Shown here: piece by piece, positions 1-10,474 of the stretch
Position numbering within the stretch: the first letter of the stretch is position 1
How the letters are laid out: each line of letters opens with the position of its first letter
DNA from: a virus
Lineage: Duplodnaviria; Caudoviricetes
DNA length: 64,000 bases
Direction: 5' to 3' (one strand)
IMG/VR virus record: IMGVR_UViG_3300021376_000006
Notes under the pieces: generated by a model
The model's input: the letters and a program-made list of their open reading frames with translations, nothing else
The model's database searches: none
What the model was told of the DNA's origin: nothing
Translations under genes and position numbers: made by a program

Positions 1-3000
1 GATTACGAGCAAGGCATTTTACAATACAGAGTCAAAAATTGGGGTAGCCTGTTCCCAGGTAGCCAAGTTAAAATATATGAATGGGTAGAAAGCAATTTCT
101 TACCTAGCCAATACGCCACCAGTGCAGGAGATGGAATAGCTAGATATCCGGATGACACAGCTTACAGTTCTGTTACAGTGGTAGATCCAGCAACTGGTAT
201 AATAACACAGAAGTATTACTATTGGGTCCATAATAAAATTAGTGTGGATATAAATCAAGCTCGAAGAACCTTGAGTGCTAAGGCATTAGAATCTTACATA
301 ACAGCTCCTAAAGATCAAGGTATACCATATCTAGCTTTATTGGCACCCAACAGCGTTGCAGTCTACAATGTAACTGATCAATTGATCGGAAACGACGTGG
401 CTATCCATTTGGATGTGGCTCAAATTAGAAACAGCAACTTGATGCACAGTGAATGGCAAATGGTACAACAAAATGCCGGCGCTGAATCTATTCCGGTAAG
501 ATTTATTTCAAAATTAAGAGATAGTATTGTAGGATTTGATGACACAGGCTTGATTGTTCCTGATCCATTGTTGAAAGCGCAAGATCGCCTTGGTATTTTA
601 AATATGCCAAGACAAACTCTGATGTCTAATAGATTAGGTGCTTTACAAAATTATGTAGAAACACTTAATGCAATTTTAGTGCGCTACCCTACACTACTAA
701 TAAAAACACCATCTACACTGTTTTTAGAAGATCCACTGCCTACCACTGGCTTTAATACACAGACAAGTAATGTCACAGATCTAACTTATCTAAGCACCGA
801 TGCCTTTACCAATGGATATAAGATTTTAATACCTAATGACTCTAATTATCAAGGTAAATGGAGCATTTACAGTTTTAATTCAACCAACGATACTTTTGAA
901 TTATTTAGATTACAAAGTTTCAAAACAGAATTGTTTTGGAGCCCTACTGTATGGTATGACACCACTTTTCAAAACGGCAAAGATATCAACTACACTGTGG
1001 CAATCTACAGCGATATTCAAGCTCTGAGTCCCGAACCTGGTGATTACATAAAGGTACTAGATAATGGTCAAGGCAAGTGGTTACTGTACGAAGCTCAGGA
1101 TGGCGGATCTTTAAGTTTGATTGGGGCCGAAAATGGAACACTACAAGTAAGCACAGAAGTATTTGATGTGACAGTGAGAGCCGGTTATGACAGCGCCGTT
1201 TACGATTCTGTAGGATTTGATCCACAAGCAGTCCAAGAGTTAAAAAATATTTACAACAGTGTGTATCAAGAAATACTAACAGGCAATCTGAGTAACGAAT
1301 TAAACAGATTATTCCTTACAATTGTAAACTTTATATTTGCAGAACAAAAGAATCCAGACTGGATTTTTAAAACAAGCTTTATTGATGTTTATCATAATCT
1401 TAGAAATTTGGAACAGTTCCCAAATTTTGTAAGAGACAATCAAAGTTTTTACAATGATTATATTCAAGAGGTAAAACCATATAGAACACAGATTAGAGAA
1501 TACGTACCTAGTTATATAAAACAAGATACGGCTGCAGGTGATTGGACAGATTTTGATTTACCAAGTGTGTATGATGCTAGATATGGAAAATTTAGAAGTC
1601 CTGACATAGCGATTACACAAGATGCATCGTTGTTTGAAAATGAAATTTATAGCGATTGGGCAAACAATTACAAATTCAAAGTAACTGATTATATAATTGG
1701 TAATATAGGGCTTAATTATGTATTACCTCCCAATGTAGAAATTACTGGCGGCGGTGGTATTGGTGCTGCGGCTATAACAACACTATATGCCAATGGTCGT
1801 GTGGCTTCTATTACAGTCACCAATGCAGGATCAGGATATACGTCAACTCCAAATGTGTTTATAAACGGCGATGGTGTAGGAGCCACAGCGTATCCGCTAT
1901 TGAAAAATGAATTTTATAGTTCCCAAACAAATCTCAGTTATAATCTAGTTAGAAGTATAGATACTCAAATTAAATTTGATAGATTTGCATATTCTAGTAA
2001 CTTGATATTATGGCAACCAAACACAGCTTATGCTAATACTGTTGTAACATCAGGTAACACAGTTACTGATCAAGGAAATATCTATATCAGTAGCGGAAAT
2101 ATTGTTGTATATAACAATCAGGCCTATTTGGCAACTAACGCAAATATTTCTACTCAAAGCACATTTGATTTCACTAGATTTACAGTAATCGACAGTGGCA
2201 ATACATTGCTTAATGCTGCAGACAGAATAATAGCCTACTATCAACCAGAAGTTGGGATGACTGGTCGAACTCTTACTCAATTGATTAACGGACTAGAATA
2301 TCCCGGAATAGAGGTTTTAGGAACCGAATTTAGAACCAATGCATTTGAAATTACAAGCAATGTAATCTCATTTAACTATACTGGTTTAACCATAGACAGT
2401 GGCAATGTTGATGCGGTAAATTTCCAAACTTTAGGTTTTGAAGTGGATCAAAGTATCAGAATTGAAGCACAGGTGCCATTTGAATTTCAGAATAACGGAT
2501 ATTTTACCATAGTCAATGTTACAAGAGATTCAATGACATTGACTGGACAACCAGTCGAAACAACTTACAAAATTTTATTAGATTCGCCAATTACTGCCAA
2601 TCTAGGAGATTATATAACTCAGGCAAACACATTGGCTAATGCTTATGTGTTACAGTCAGTTACCAATTCGTCCACAGTGGATTTAATATACACCGTGCCT
2701 GAATTTACTGTATCATCAAACAATATCAGCATCAATGGTGTAGCTATCCAATCAAATATTGCAGAAATAGGTACAGGCGGCAATGCCAACGTAAAAATAT
2801 CGTATCTAGATTTACAACAAGTATTAGATTCTAATATATACAGCAAATATCTTGACACAGCATTGGGAACCAGGCCTCAAGATATTAATATCGTAGGCGG
2901 TGCATATGTTGACACTTATGCAAGTCATGCGCCCGAGGAATTGATACCAGGAAGAATGTACGATGCAATGGAAATGCGTGTTTTCAGTAATACAACAGGA

Positions 3001-3939
3001 AATACAGAAACCTATGGATTTAGGTTATTCCAACCAATGAGTGCCAATGCAGTTTATACCAGAATCAATGCCAACGCCACTACTACTCTGTCGGCCAATT
3101 TAAATCTAATAGATGATGAAATTGTTGTAAACGATGCAAGTAAATTACCTGACCCTAGTCCAAGCTTGGGCAATCCTGGTATTGTGTTTATTAATGGCGA
3201 AAAAATTCATTATTATCAACGCTATGATGCTGCTAGACTGGCCACAGCAACACCTTGGACCGCTAATACTGTGATTCCAGCTGCTACACTTATTGCATTA
3301 GACAGTAATGTATATTTGACTACCGGCAACGTTTATGCAAATGCCAATACATACATAAACTCGGCAAATATTCAGCTTATTACAGTAAATTCATTGCGTC
3401 AACTGAGACGCGGAGTTGATGGTACAGGTGTATCAAATGTCATATTGTCAGGGAATACTATATCAGATAGCAGCCTTACTCAATTAATTCCAGACGCTCA
3501 GATTTATTCTGCTGTAACAGTCAATGGTAATATTACAGTTACATCAAATGTAAGTTTTAAATTGATAATGAGTTCGAATATTACTGCCAATGTTGGGGAT
3601 TACATCACGCAATTTGCAAATACAGGAAATGCAAGAGTTTTACAATCTGTAACAAACGGCAATATTGTAGCAGTTGATTTTGTCACTGGCACATTCCAAA
3701 CGGCATCTAACATAGGAACCAGAATAAACATAGCTAGTATTACCGGTGGTGTTTCTAGTGTCAGTGCAAACGTGCTCAATATCAACACTTTAGGATCAGT
3801 GTTTGCAAATGGTAATGTTGTGTTGTCCAGTGTTCCTTTATTACAAAGCAATATTTGGGAACAATTAGGAACTACCCTACAAAATAGCAACACAATTGGT
3901 GCACAATTTATTAGAGCGGAGCCTAGTTATATACCATGA
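1..3939 (+). CDS. Large virion structural protein (baseplate wedge/tail-associated), 5'-truncated by the window edge
   Basis: Frame 1 is open from position 1 (DYEQGILQYRVKNWG...) to TGA at 3937-3939. It contains a GGGGIGAAA..VASITVTNAGSGYTSTPNV..GDGVGATA segment typical of T4-like structural proteins, is N/T/S/V-rich, and heads a tail operon. Confidence 0.6.
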   Translation, partial: DYEQGILQYRVKNWGSLFPGSQVKIYEWVESNFLPSQYATSAGDGIARYPDDTAYSSVTVVDPATGIITQKYYYWVHNKISVDINQARRTLSAKALESYITAPKDQGIPYLALLAPNSVAVYNVTDQLIGNDVAIHLDVAQIRNSNLMHSEWQMVQQNAGAESIPVRFISKLRDSIVGFDDTGLIVPDPLLKAQDRLGILNMPRQTLMSNRLGALQNYVETLNAILVRYPTLLIKTPSTLFLEDPLPTTGFNTQTSNVTDLTYLSTDAFTNGYKILIPNDSNYQGKWSIYSFNSTNDTFELFRLQSFKTELFWSPTVWYDTTFQNGKDINYTVAIYSDIQALSPEPGDYIKVLDNGQGKWLLYEAQDGGSLSLIGAENGTLQVSTEVFDVTVRAGYDSAVYDSVGFDPQAVQELKNIYNSVYQEILTGNLSNELNRLFLTIVNFIFAEQKNPDWIFKTSFIDVYHNLRNLEQFPNFVRDNQSFYNDYIQEVKPYRTQIREYVPSYIKQDTAAGDWTDFDLPSVYDARYGKFRSPDIAITQDASLFENEIYSDWANNYKFKVTDYIIGNIGLNYVLPPNVEITGGGGIGAAAITTLYANGRVASITVTNAGSGYTSTPNVFINGDGVGATAYPLLKNEFYSSQTNLSYNLVRSIDTQIKFDRFAYSSNLILWQPNTAYANTVVTSGNTVTDQGNIYISSGNIVVYNNQAYLATNANISTQSTFDFTRFTVIDSGNTLLNAADRIIAYYQPEVGMTGRTLTQLINGLEYPGIEVLGTEFRTNAFEITSNVISFNYTGLTIDSGNVDAVNFQTLGFEVDQSIRIEAQVPFEFQNNGYFTIVNVTRDSMTLTGQPVETTYKILLDSPITANLGDYITQANTLANAYVLQSVTNSSTVDLIYTVPEFTVSSNNISINGVAIQSNIAEIGTGGNANVKISYLDLQQVLDSNIYSKYLDTALGTRPQDINIVGGAYVDTYASHAPEELIPGRMYDAMEMRVFSNTTGNTETYGFRLFQPMSANAVYTRINANATTTLSANLNLIDDEIVVNDASKLPDPSPSLGNPGIVFINGEKIHYYQRYDAARLATATPWTANTVIPAATLIALDSNVYLTTGNVYANANTYINSANIQLITVNSLRQLRRGVDGTGVSNVILSGNTISDSSLTQLIPDAQIYSAVTVNGNITVTSNVSFKLIMSSNITANVGDYITQFANTGNARVLQSVTNGNIVAVDFVTGTFQTASNIGTRINIASITGGVSSVSANVLNINTLGSVFANGNVVLSSVPLLQSNIWEQLGTTLQNSNTIGAQFIRAEPSYIP

Positions 3940-4640
3940 ATCATACCCAGCTAAATAGTAATATGGATAAAAATATGGAAGATTTAGAACGTAACCCCAC
4001 AGACCACGAACATAAACCAAACGAAACGGGTGGCATAAATGTGCAAGGGCATATCAAAATTTTTGATCCCACTTCAGGCGAAGTTTATGTAGATAAGCGA
4101 AATGCAATTCACTACGAAAATATCAGTGAGGCTATAGCGTATACATTGGCAAACAAAGGTCAAAACTACATTTACGAAATGCATTTTGGTAACGGCGGTA
4201 CCAGTATTGATCCTACAGGAATTATCAATTATTTGCCACCAAATGTTAATACCAGTAACAGCAATTTGTACAATCCAACCTTTGCTAAAATTGTAGATAA
4301 TAACAGTGCATTAAATGCTGATCCAACAAGAAACAAAATGGAAATACGACATGTTCCTGGTAGAGTGTATACAGACATTGTTATCAGCTGTTTGCTTGAT
4401 TACGGTGAGCCAACTGGCCAAGCAGCATTTGACAACAGTACAAATCTTGAAGATACTTATACATTTGACGAATTGGGTCTCAAAGCTAGAAGCACAGACG
4501 GTAGTTCTGGACTTACCACAACAGGCAAATTACTTACGCATGTAATTTTTCATCCTGTGCAAAAAAGTCTAAACAGATTAATTCAAATTGATTACACAGT
4601 GAGAATTCAAACTCTAACCAATTTGAGCAGCATAGGATAA
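3936..4640 (+). CDS. Putative baseplate/tail structural protein
   Basis: 234-aa ORF with an ATGA overlap to the upstream gene; an alternative start at 3963 follows CTAAATA. Product inferred from operon context only. Confidence 0.5.
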   Translation: MNHTQLNSNMDKNMEDLERNPTDHEHKPNETGGINVQGHIKIFDPTSGEVYVDKRNAIHYENISEAIAYTLANKGQNYIYEMHFGNGGTSIDPTGIINYLPPNVNTSNSNLYNPTFAKIVDNNSALNADPTRNKMEIRHVPGRVYTDIVISCLLDYGEPTGQAAFDNSTNLEDTYTFDELGLKARSTDGSSGLTTTGKLLTHVIFHPVQKSLNRLIQIDYTVRIQTLTNLSSIG

Positions 4641-4644
4641 CACA

Positions 4645-5760
4645 ATGAGTTATTTTGTAAACAAAACCGATGGGTCAGTGATTGTTGTACTAGATGGTAC
4701 AAAAGATACTACCAGCACCAGTTTAACACTGTTTGGCCGGTTAGTACAAAACTACGGTGATCAAACAAATGAAAATTTTGTTAGGTTACTTGAAAATTTT
4801 GCATTTAACAACAGCCCAGCCAATCCTATATATGGACAGCTATGGTACGACACCAGCATTGATAATTTAAAAGTATACACCACTGCCAATACATGGTCAG
4901 TAATTGGTACTGACATTCGCGGCAATCTTGATGTATCGGGCAATGTGCATTTTGGGCCATACAATTTTGCTTTCAAAGATCTTGATGGAAATGTTCAGAT
5001 AACCAATAGTGCTAATGTAGGCAATGTCAGTTTTTACACCAACGTAAACGGTGTAAGTTCTAGAGTGCTGCATATTAACAGCCAAACTGGTCTAATGGAT
5101 GTGTATGGTAATGCTACCGCAAACTTTGGCGTACCAACAAAAATATACGTGGATAGTGAAATGTCTGCATTGCAGTCAAGAGCAAATACCAATCTTGTGG
5201 CCAATGTTGCTATTATCAATTCAAACCTGGCTACAAGAACCAGTGAAGAAAATCAACTGCGAGCAAATATAACTGCGGCCAATGCTCAAATAGCATTGAG
5301 AGATACAATCGCCAGAGTGAATTCAATTAATACTGCAATTAATACTGCACTCACTGCCAATGTTGATGCAATTTATGCTAATTTGGCTGCCAGAGTTGAT
5401 CAAACTGTTGCAGTAGAAACAGCAATGACAGCCAATGTTGCTGCTGCTAACGCAAGAGTTAACGGTGCCAATGTTAACATTACAAATTTAAACAACAGAT
5501 TAGACAGTGTAAACACTGCAATTGATATTGCACTCACAACAAACCTAGCCCTCAAAGCAGACACTTTAAGTCCTACACTAACAGGAACGCCCACTGCACC
5601 AACCGCTGCATTTGGTGCAAACACATTACAAATTGCCTCAACTCAATACGTTATGACTAGATCAGAATTCTGGGGCGGTAGTAGAAAATTTGTGAGTACC
5701 GATGATCCAAGTGTTAGCGATGGTGACAATGGTGATATTTGGTTTAAATACGTTCCTTGA
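4645..5760 (+). CDS. Tail fibre protein with coiled-coil shaft
   Basis: N-terminal domain (D.T.D.T.S.L.L.G..Y...N.N.VRL.ENF....P..P..GQLW) is shared with 7792..9417. It has an Ala/Asn heptad region, the fibre motif SPTLTGTPTAPTAA..NTLQIASTQYV and a C-terminal DGDNGDIWFKY. Confidence 0.7.
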   Translation: MSYFVNKTDGSVIVVLDGTKDTTSTSLTLFGRLVQNYGDQTNENFVRLLENFAFNNSPANPIYGQLWYDTSIDNLKVYTTANTWSVIGTDIRGNLDVSGNVHFGPYNFAFKDLDGNVQITNSANVGNVSFYTNVNGVSSRVLHINSQTGLMDVYGNATANFGVPTKIYVDSEMSALQSRANTNLVANVAIINSNLATRTSEENQLRANITAANAQIALRDTIARVNSINTAINTALTANVDAIYANLAARVDQTVAVETAMTANVAAANARVNGANVNITNLNNRLDSVNTAIDIALTTNLALKADTLSPTLTGTPTAPTAAFGANTLQIASTQYVMTRSEFWGGSRKFVSTDDPSVSDGDNGDIWFKYVP

Positions 5761-5763
5761 CGC

Positions 5764-7737
5764 ATGACCACTACTAAAATAATTGAGAGAGAATTTGTTG
5801 TACAGGTTGGAGCTGATACTTTGCCGGCTGTTACATTGGGCGCTTGGTCTGGCTTTATGAACACCTATGCGGTATGGCCGTCGGGCGCCGGCGATTCAAC
5901 GACCATACGAAGATCTGTAAATTTACAAGCAGGTTATTATTATGTAACTGGCGCAGTTGACAACTACGGCTCAGTGAATATAAATGGCCAATACAACATT
6001 ACGTTATACAATTTTGATGCTAATATATCCAGGACTGCAATTGGTAATAATACAAGAATTTATCACGGTGGCGGAGCAATGAGTATTGTTATTTCTGCCA
6101 CCAACACCGGCGGACCTAGAGGAGTAGCAGTAACAATATCAGAGGAACTAGTAAGAAATGAACCAGGTATTCCAGGTATTCCTAATCCCATCGGGGGGAC
6201 TCGAACTGTGATCGATGTAGGAAATTTAGTATGGAGTACTAGAAGTGCAGGTACTTTAACCATTGGTAGATATCAAGTCACACTGCCTTTCCGGGCGAAT
6301 ATTACAGCACATGCGTGGGCTGCAGGCGGCGGCGGAGGCGGCATGGATGCTGGTACTCTGGGAGGCATAGGAGCGCCGGGGCTGTATAATACCACATCAT
6401 TTGAAGTTGACAGAGGCGATTTAGTTGAAGTTTTTGTAGGAAAAGGTGGCAATGGGGGTTCGAGTAGCTCAGGAGGCGCCCCTGGCGGTGCAGCTGGACT
6501 AAGCAGAACAAGTATCAACGGCGATGCAACTAAATCTTTCAATGGTGGTGCAGGATCTGCAGCTGGTCCCGGAGGTACTTCGGGTGGTGGAGGTGGTGGC
6601 GGCGGAGCGTCTGGTGTATTAGTAAACAATGTCCCGATGTTGGTAGCAGGTGGTGGAGGTGGTGGTGGAGGTGCCGGCAACGATGGCAACGGGTCTGGAA
6701 AATATGCTAGAAGAGATGCAACAATAACAAAAAATGCATTTGGAGATTACTCCATTGGCGCACCGGCATTAGATGTTGACAATTCTGGTTCATTAACTTT
6801 AAGTGCTCAAACTCAAATAGTAGAATATAACACGCTGCCAAGTGTGACTGCACCCCCAACTGCTGCTGGGTCAACAAAAGTTTTTGCATTTGGATATGGA
6901 TTTAATGCTGCGGGTTCATTTACAAGAACAGTGCAAACAAACAACAAGGTAAATTTATCAACTAGCGGAGTTTTAACTTTTTTTGCTCGAAGAGGATCAT
7001 TGCAACCTCCCGTCGGTCCTCCCGAACCGGGAGAAGATTTACACTTAGAGTATAGTAAAAATGGATCAACGTGGACAAATATTACTAAAGTACCTGTTAA
7101 TGTTACCGCTGATACTTGGTTAGTCAGATCGCCACAGATACCAGCCGGAGCCAAAGTAGCAGGCGGCGTCTTTTTACGCTATAGACAAACAGTTACTGGT
7201 GGTATTAGCACCAACAAAGATCTTTGGGCAGTTACCTCAATATTCAACGGATCACCAATATTGGATTTTCGCGGAGAAAGGGGCCAACCCAAGGGTGGCG
7301 ATGGTGGAGGTGCCGGTGGAGGAGGAGGCGGACATCCTGGAGGGCAAGGTGGTGCTGTATTTGGCGGAGATGCCAGTGGATTTGCAGGGCAGTGTGGTGG
7401 CAATTTTCCTGATAATGAAGGAGCCACTACTGGAACTGGTAGCACGTATTACAAAGCAGGATATGCAGGCGGTGGCAATCGCGGTGGTGGCACTGGCCAA
7501 GACGGGCGAGTTCTTTTGTTCATTGAGCCAATTTCACTCATGTCAATCAAAGTGTCTGGTGAGTGGAAACAGATAAACCAAGCATTTGTTAAAGTAAGCG
7601 GAACATGGCAAGATATCAACACCGTGTACGTAAAAATTGATAATGAATGGCGAGAAATTAATGGAGCCGGGCAAGGTGACGTTACATTCACAGGAAACTC
7701 GCAAAGTTATGGAACATCTATCAGAAGCTTCGCATAA
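5764..7737 (+). CDS. Glycine-rich tail fibre/adhesin with an inserted Asp-box (reelin-like) domain
   Basis: Poly-Gly tracts at about 6320-6700 and 7270-7510, LEYSKNGSTW Asp-box-like motif, and a C-terminal triple (V/I)K(V/I).G.W..I repeat typical of fibre tips. Confidence 0.65.
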   Translation: MTTTKIIEREFVVQVGADTLPAVTLGAWSGFMNTYAVWPSGAGDSTTIRRSVNLQAGYYYVTGAVDNYGSVNINGQYNITLYNFDANISRTAIGNNTRIYHGGGAMSIVISATNTGGPRGVAVTISEELVRNEPGIPGIPNPIGGTRTVIDVGNLVWSTRSAGTLTIGRYQVTLPFRANITAHAWAAGGGGGGMDAGTLGGIGAPGLYNTTSFEVDRGDLVEVFVGKGGNGGSSSSGGAPGGAAGLSRTSINGDATKSFNGGAGSAAGPGGTSGGGGGGGGASGVLVNNVPMLVAGGGGGGGGAGNDGNGSGKYARRDATITKNAFGDYSIGAPALDVDNSGSLTLSAQTQIVEYNTLPSVTAPPTAAGSTKVFAFGYGFNAAGSFTRTVQTNNKVNLSTSGVLTFFARRGSLQPPVGPPEPGEDLHLEYSKNGSTWTNITKVPVNVTADTWLVRSPQIPAGAKVAGGVFLRYRQTVTGGISTNKDLWAVTSIFNGSPILDFRGERGQPKGGDGGGAGGGGGGHPGGQGGAVFGGDASGFAGQCGGNFPDNEGATTGTGSTYYKAGYAGGGNRGGGTGQDGRVLLFIEPISLMSIKVSGEWKQINQAFVKVSGTWQDINTVYVKIDNEWREINGAGQGDVTFTGNSQSYGTSIRSFA

Positions 7738-7761
7738 GCTTTAGCAAGCGATTATAAACGC

Positions 7762-7768
7762 ATAAATA
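7762..7768 (+). promoter_or_regulatory. T4-like late promoter motif (cATAAATA)
   Basis: One mismatch to the T4 late consensus TATAAATA, intergenic, 23 nt upstream of the ATG at 7792, with GGAG Shine-Dalgarno between. Confidence 0.55.
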
Positions 7769-7791
7769 ACAAAGTTGGAGAAACTTAAAAA

Positions 7792-9417
7792 ATGGCATAT
7801 AATATTACCTTAACTAACGGATCTGCGTTGATCAGCGGCGGATTGCCGGATGGTACAATTGATACAACAAACAGCAGCTTGACCTTAGTTGGTAAAAACT
7901 ATCCGGGCTATGGCTTGTTTTTGAACCAAAACATGGTTCGTTTGATAGAAAATTTTAGTAATGCTTCTGCACCTGCAGCACCACTCCCTGGGCAACTTTG
8001 GTGGAACAGCACAACTAAAAATCTTACAGTAAACACAGCTACCACAAAAGGTACAGCCAGTGCAGCTTGGAAAACAATTACTACAATGACATATTCGTCT
8101 AGTGCTCCTAGTAACCCAGTTACTGGAGAGCAATGGTACGATACTGTGGGTGGACAGCTCAAAGTTTGGACCGGAACCGGATGGATAACAATTGGCCCAG
8201 CAGCAGCAGCAGCTACAGGTAATTCAGGTGCTATCCCAGATACCATTGCAGCCACATCACCAAGTGCCACATATGTAGTATTAAAATTTTACATTGATAG
8301 CATTTTGGTAGGCATTTGGAGCAAAGAGGCGACGTTTACCACTGCGGTAAGTGGATTTGCCACAGTTAATAGAGGTCTCAATCTCAGCACAGCATTAAGT
8401 CAAGCATTTTATGGTAATGCAGACGTGGCTAACAATTTGTATGTGAGTGGTGTTGCAGTTCCTGGTTCTAGCTTTTTAAGAAATGACACATCGGGCACCG
8501 TCAATGGATCACTTTCTCTCACAAACGACAGTGGGTTGACATTTGGTGCTGCTGGCGATTTCGTAGGATCTGTTAGTAGCGGAACGGTTACTTTACGTAA
8601 TCAAACCAATAACAAAGACTTTGTTTTAAGTTTAAAAACTGCCAGCGTTCAAACACCTTTTTTAAAAGGAAATTATCAGACTGGTCTTGCAGAAGCTTAC
8701 AGTAATCCAACAGCAAGTTCGCCAGCCCTGACCTTGGCAACAAAAAATTATGTTGACAGTCAATTGGGCGGTGGTACAGGAACAAGCGCATTCGCAGCAA
8801 ATATCACTCCGTTTGCCAATGTAACATATACTTTAGGTAACACCACAAATCGCTGGAGCAATGTTTTTGCAGAAAGCACATTGGTTGGTAATGTATATGC
8901 AGCCAATGCAAACATTGCAACAGTATATGTTTCTAGCACCATATTACCAACTGCTAATACCACTGTTGATCTAGGCAGTACAGGGATGTGGTTTAACACC
9001 TTCTATGGTGTGTCTGTACAAGCACAATACGCTGACTTGGCAGAAAGATTTGAAACTGATCAACCATATGATCCAGGCACTGTGGTTGCTCTAGGCGGCG
9101 CAAAGGAAATTACTGCTGCTGCTGAGGAATTGAGTGAAGATGTGTTCGGCGTCATAAGTACACAAGCAGCCTACTTGATGAATGGGGCTGCTGGCCCAGA
9201 CACAACACATCCACCAGTAGCAGTCAATGGTCGTGTTCCAGTTCGTGTGATAGGAAAAATACGTAAAGGTGATAGATTGGTAAGTGCCGGAAACGGTATT
9301 GCTAGAGCTGGATCTAAAAATGAATTGAGTCCATTTAATGTGATTGGCAGAAGTCTACAAGATAAATTAGACAATGGCGAAGGTGTAATTGAAGCCATTG
9401 TGAAGTTAAACAGTTGA
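7792..9417 (+). CDS. Tail fibre with C-terminal intramolecular-chaperone/autocleavage-like domain
   Basis: N-terminal domain paralogous to 4645..5760. C-terminal YADLAE...GVIST..AYLMN...PVAVNGRVPVRVIGKI.KGD.LVS...VIGRSL pattern as in phage fibre chaperone domains. Confidence 0.7.
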   Translation: MAYNITLTNGSALISGGLPDGTIDTTNSSLTLVGKNYPGYGLFLNQNMVRLIENFSNASAPAAPLPGQLWWNSTTKNLTVNTATTKGTASAAWKTITTMTYSSSAPSNPVTGEQWYDTVGGQLKVWTGTGWITIGPAAAAATGNSGAIPDTIAATSPSATYVVLKFYIDSILVGIWSKEATFTTAVSGFATVNRGLNLSTALSQAFYGNADVANNLYVSGVAVPGSSFLRNDTSGTVNGSLSLTNDSGLTFGAAGDFVGSVSSGTVTLRNQTNNKDFVLSLKTASVQTPFLKGNYQTGLAEAYSNPTASSPALTLATKNYVDSQLGGGTGTSAFAANITPFANVTYTLGNTTNRWSNVFAESTLVGNVYAANANIATVYVSSTILPTANTTVDLGSTGMWFNTFYGVSVQAQYADLAERFETDQPYDPGTVVALGGAKEITAAAEELSEDVFGVISTQAAYLMNGAAGPDTTHPPVAVNGRVPVRVIGKIRKGDRLVSAGNGIARAGSKNELSPFNVIGRSLQDKLDNGEGVIEAIVKLNS

Positions 9418-9432
9418 TAGGATTTAAAAGAT

Positions 9433-10410
9433 ATGACATACGCACAAGGTAGTTTAATTGATGCTTCAGATTACAACGATATATTAGGTACTAATACCAG
9501 CACTAATACCAGCACATTTCATGCTGTATGGGCGTGGGGTAATGGAAGTAGAGGTTATGGTCAAACACCTTTAAGTAATGTTGCTGTAAGTAGCACTGTT
9601 ACCGCTACTGAGTGGGCTACCCTTATTAACAATATAAATAGTGCTAATTTACATATTAGAAACACTAGCTCAGGTCTGACAGCTAATACTGCAGGTCAAG
9701 TCATTGGACATTCTGGTGGTCTACCAACTACAATTACATTACAAAATCAAGATAGATTATTATTTGCCACCAACTCTGCTGTAATTGCCAATCATAACAG
9801 TCTAACTGCCTACGGGGCTTGGTCTGTTGCAACTACAAGCTCAACGGTAAGTAGAAGTTTTGGCGCTAATGTACAGTTTGGCACAGCAGGGTCTACCGGT
9901 GTAGACCGAGCAAGGTTTTTTTTCAATGCCGGCGGCAGATTGAAATTTAATGTCAGTGCGGTCAATAATGTAGGTGCAGCGTCAAGATCTGCTGCTGTAG
10001 TTGATTTGTTCACTAATCTAGGAGGAGTTGCACTTTTTGGTGCTAATACCAACAGTGGTAGAACTGGCACAGGCGGCACACTTGGTACTAATGACACTGC
10101 AAAAGGTTATTATCAAGCTACAATAGCAAATATAACCTTAGTCTCGGTTACCAGTACCACAACCAATTATACCACAGACACAGCCACTATTACCTACAGA
10201 ACCAATGGCACACAAGGTTCGTTCAATGACAACGGCGACATTTTACAGTTTTGGGTGAATATTACTTCTACATCTGGCGGTAATTCCGGAGGTAGTTTCG
10301 ACGATGCTATCAATGTAACTCCAACTGTTACCATAGATGTTTCATATCCAGAAGTTACCAACATTGCAAATACCTGGGGTGCAGTAACGGTAACAAGACA
10401 AGGCTCGTAA
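9433..10410 (+). CDS. Virion structural protein (tail/baseplate)
   Basis: 325 aa, T/S/G/N-rich, GYGQT and FFNAGG motifs, last gene of the tail operon. Confidence 0.5.
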   Translation: MTYAQGSLIDASDYNDILGTNTSTNTSTFHAVWAWGNGSRGYGQTPLSNVAVSSTVTATEWATLINNINSANLHIRNTSSGLTANTAGQVIGHSGGLPTTITLQNQDRLLFATNSAVIANHNSLTAYGAWSVATTSSTVSRSFGANVQFGTAGSTGVDRARFFFNAGGRLKFNVSAVNNVGAASRSAAVVDLFTNLGGVALFGANTNSGRTGTGGTLGTNDTAKGYYQATIANITLVSVTSTTTNYTTDTATITYRTNGTQGSFNDNGDILQFWVNITSTSGGNSGGSFDDAINVTPTVTIDVSYPEVTNIANTWGAVTVTRQGS

Positions 10411-10415
10411 AAGTC

Positions 10416-10460
10416 TTTACATTCAGCAACTGGTTAGTGTATAATAATCACTAACCAGTT
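10416..10460 (+). promoter_or_regulatory. sigma70-like promoter whose -10 box lies in the loop of a perfect 12-bp inverted repeat (possible terminator of the tail operon)
   Basis: TTTACA (10416-21), 18 nt, TATAAT (10440-45). Arms AACTGGTTAGTG (10428-39) and CACTAACCAGTT (10449-60). Confidence 0.65.
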
Positions 10461-10474
10461 TCTACATCAAAATT

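Noticed and set aside
6063-7576. Poly-Pro ORFs on the minus strand and alternative plus frames (e.g. 6273..6689, 7179..7445)
   Set aside because: They are shadows of GGN codon runs in the Gly-rich fibre gene; no RBS or independent signal.
9433-10410. Sequon enrichment in the 325-aa structural protein
   Set aside because: 11 of 34 Asn is close to what its high Ser/Thr content would give, so it was not counted as independent evidence.
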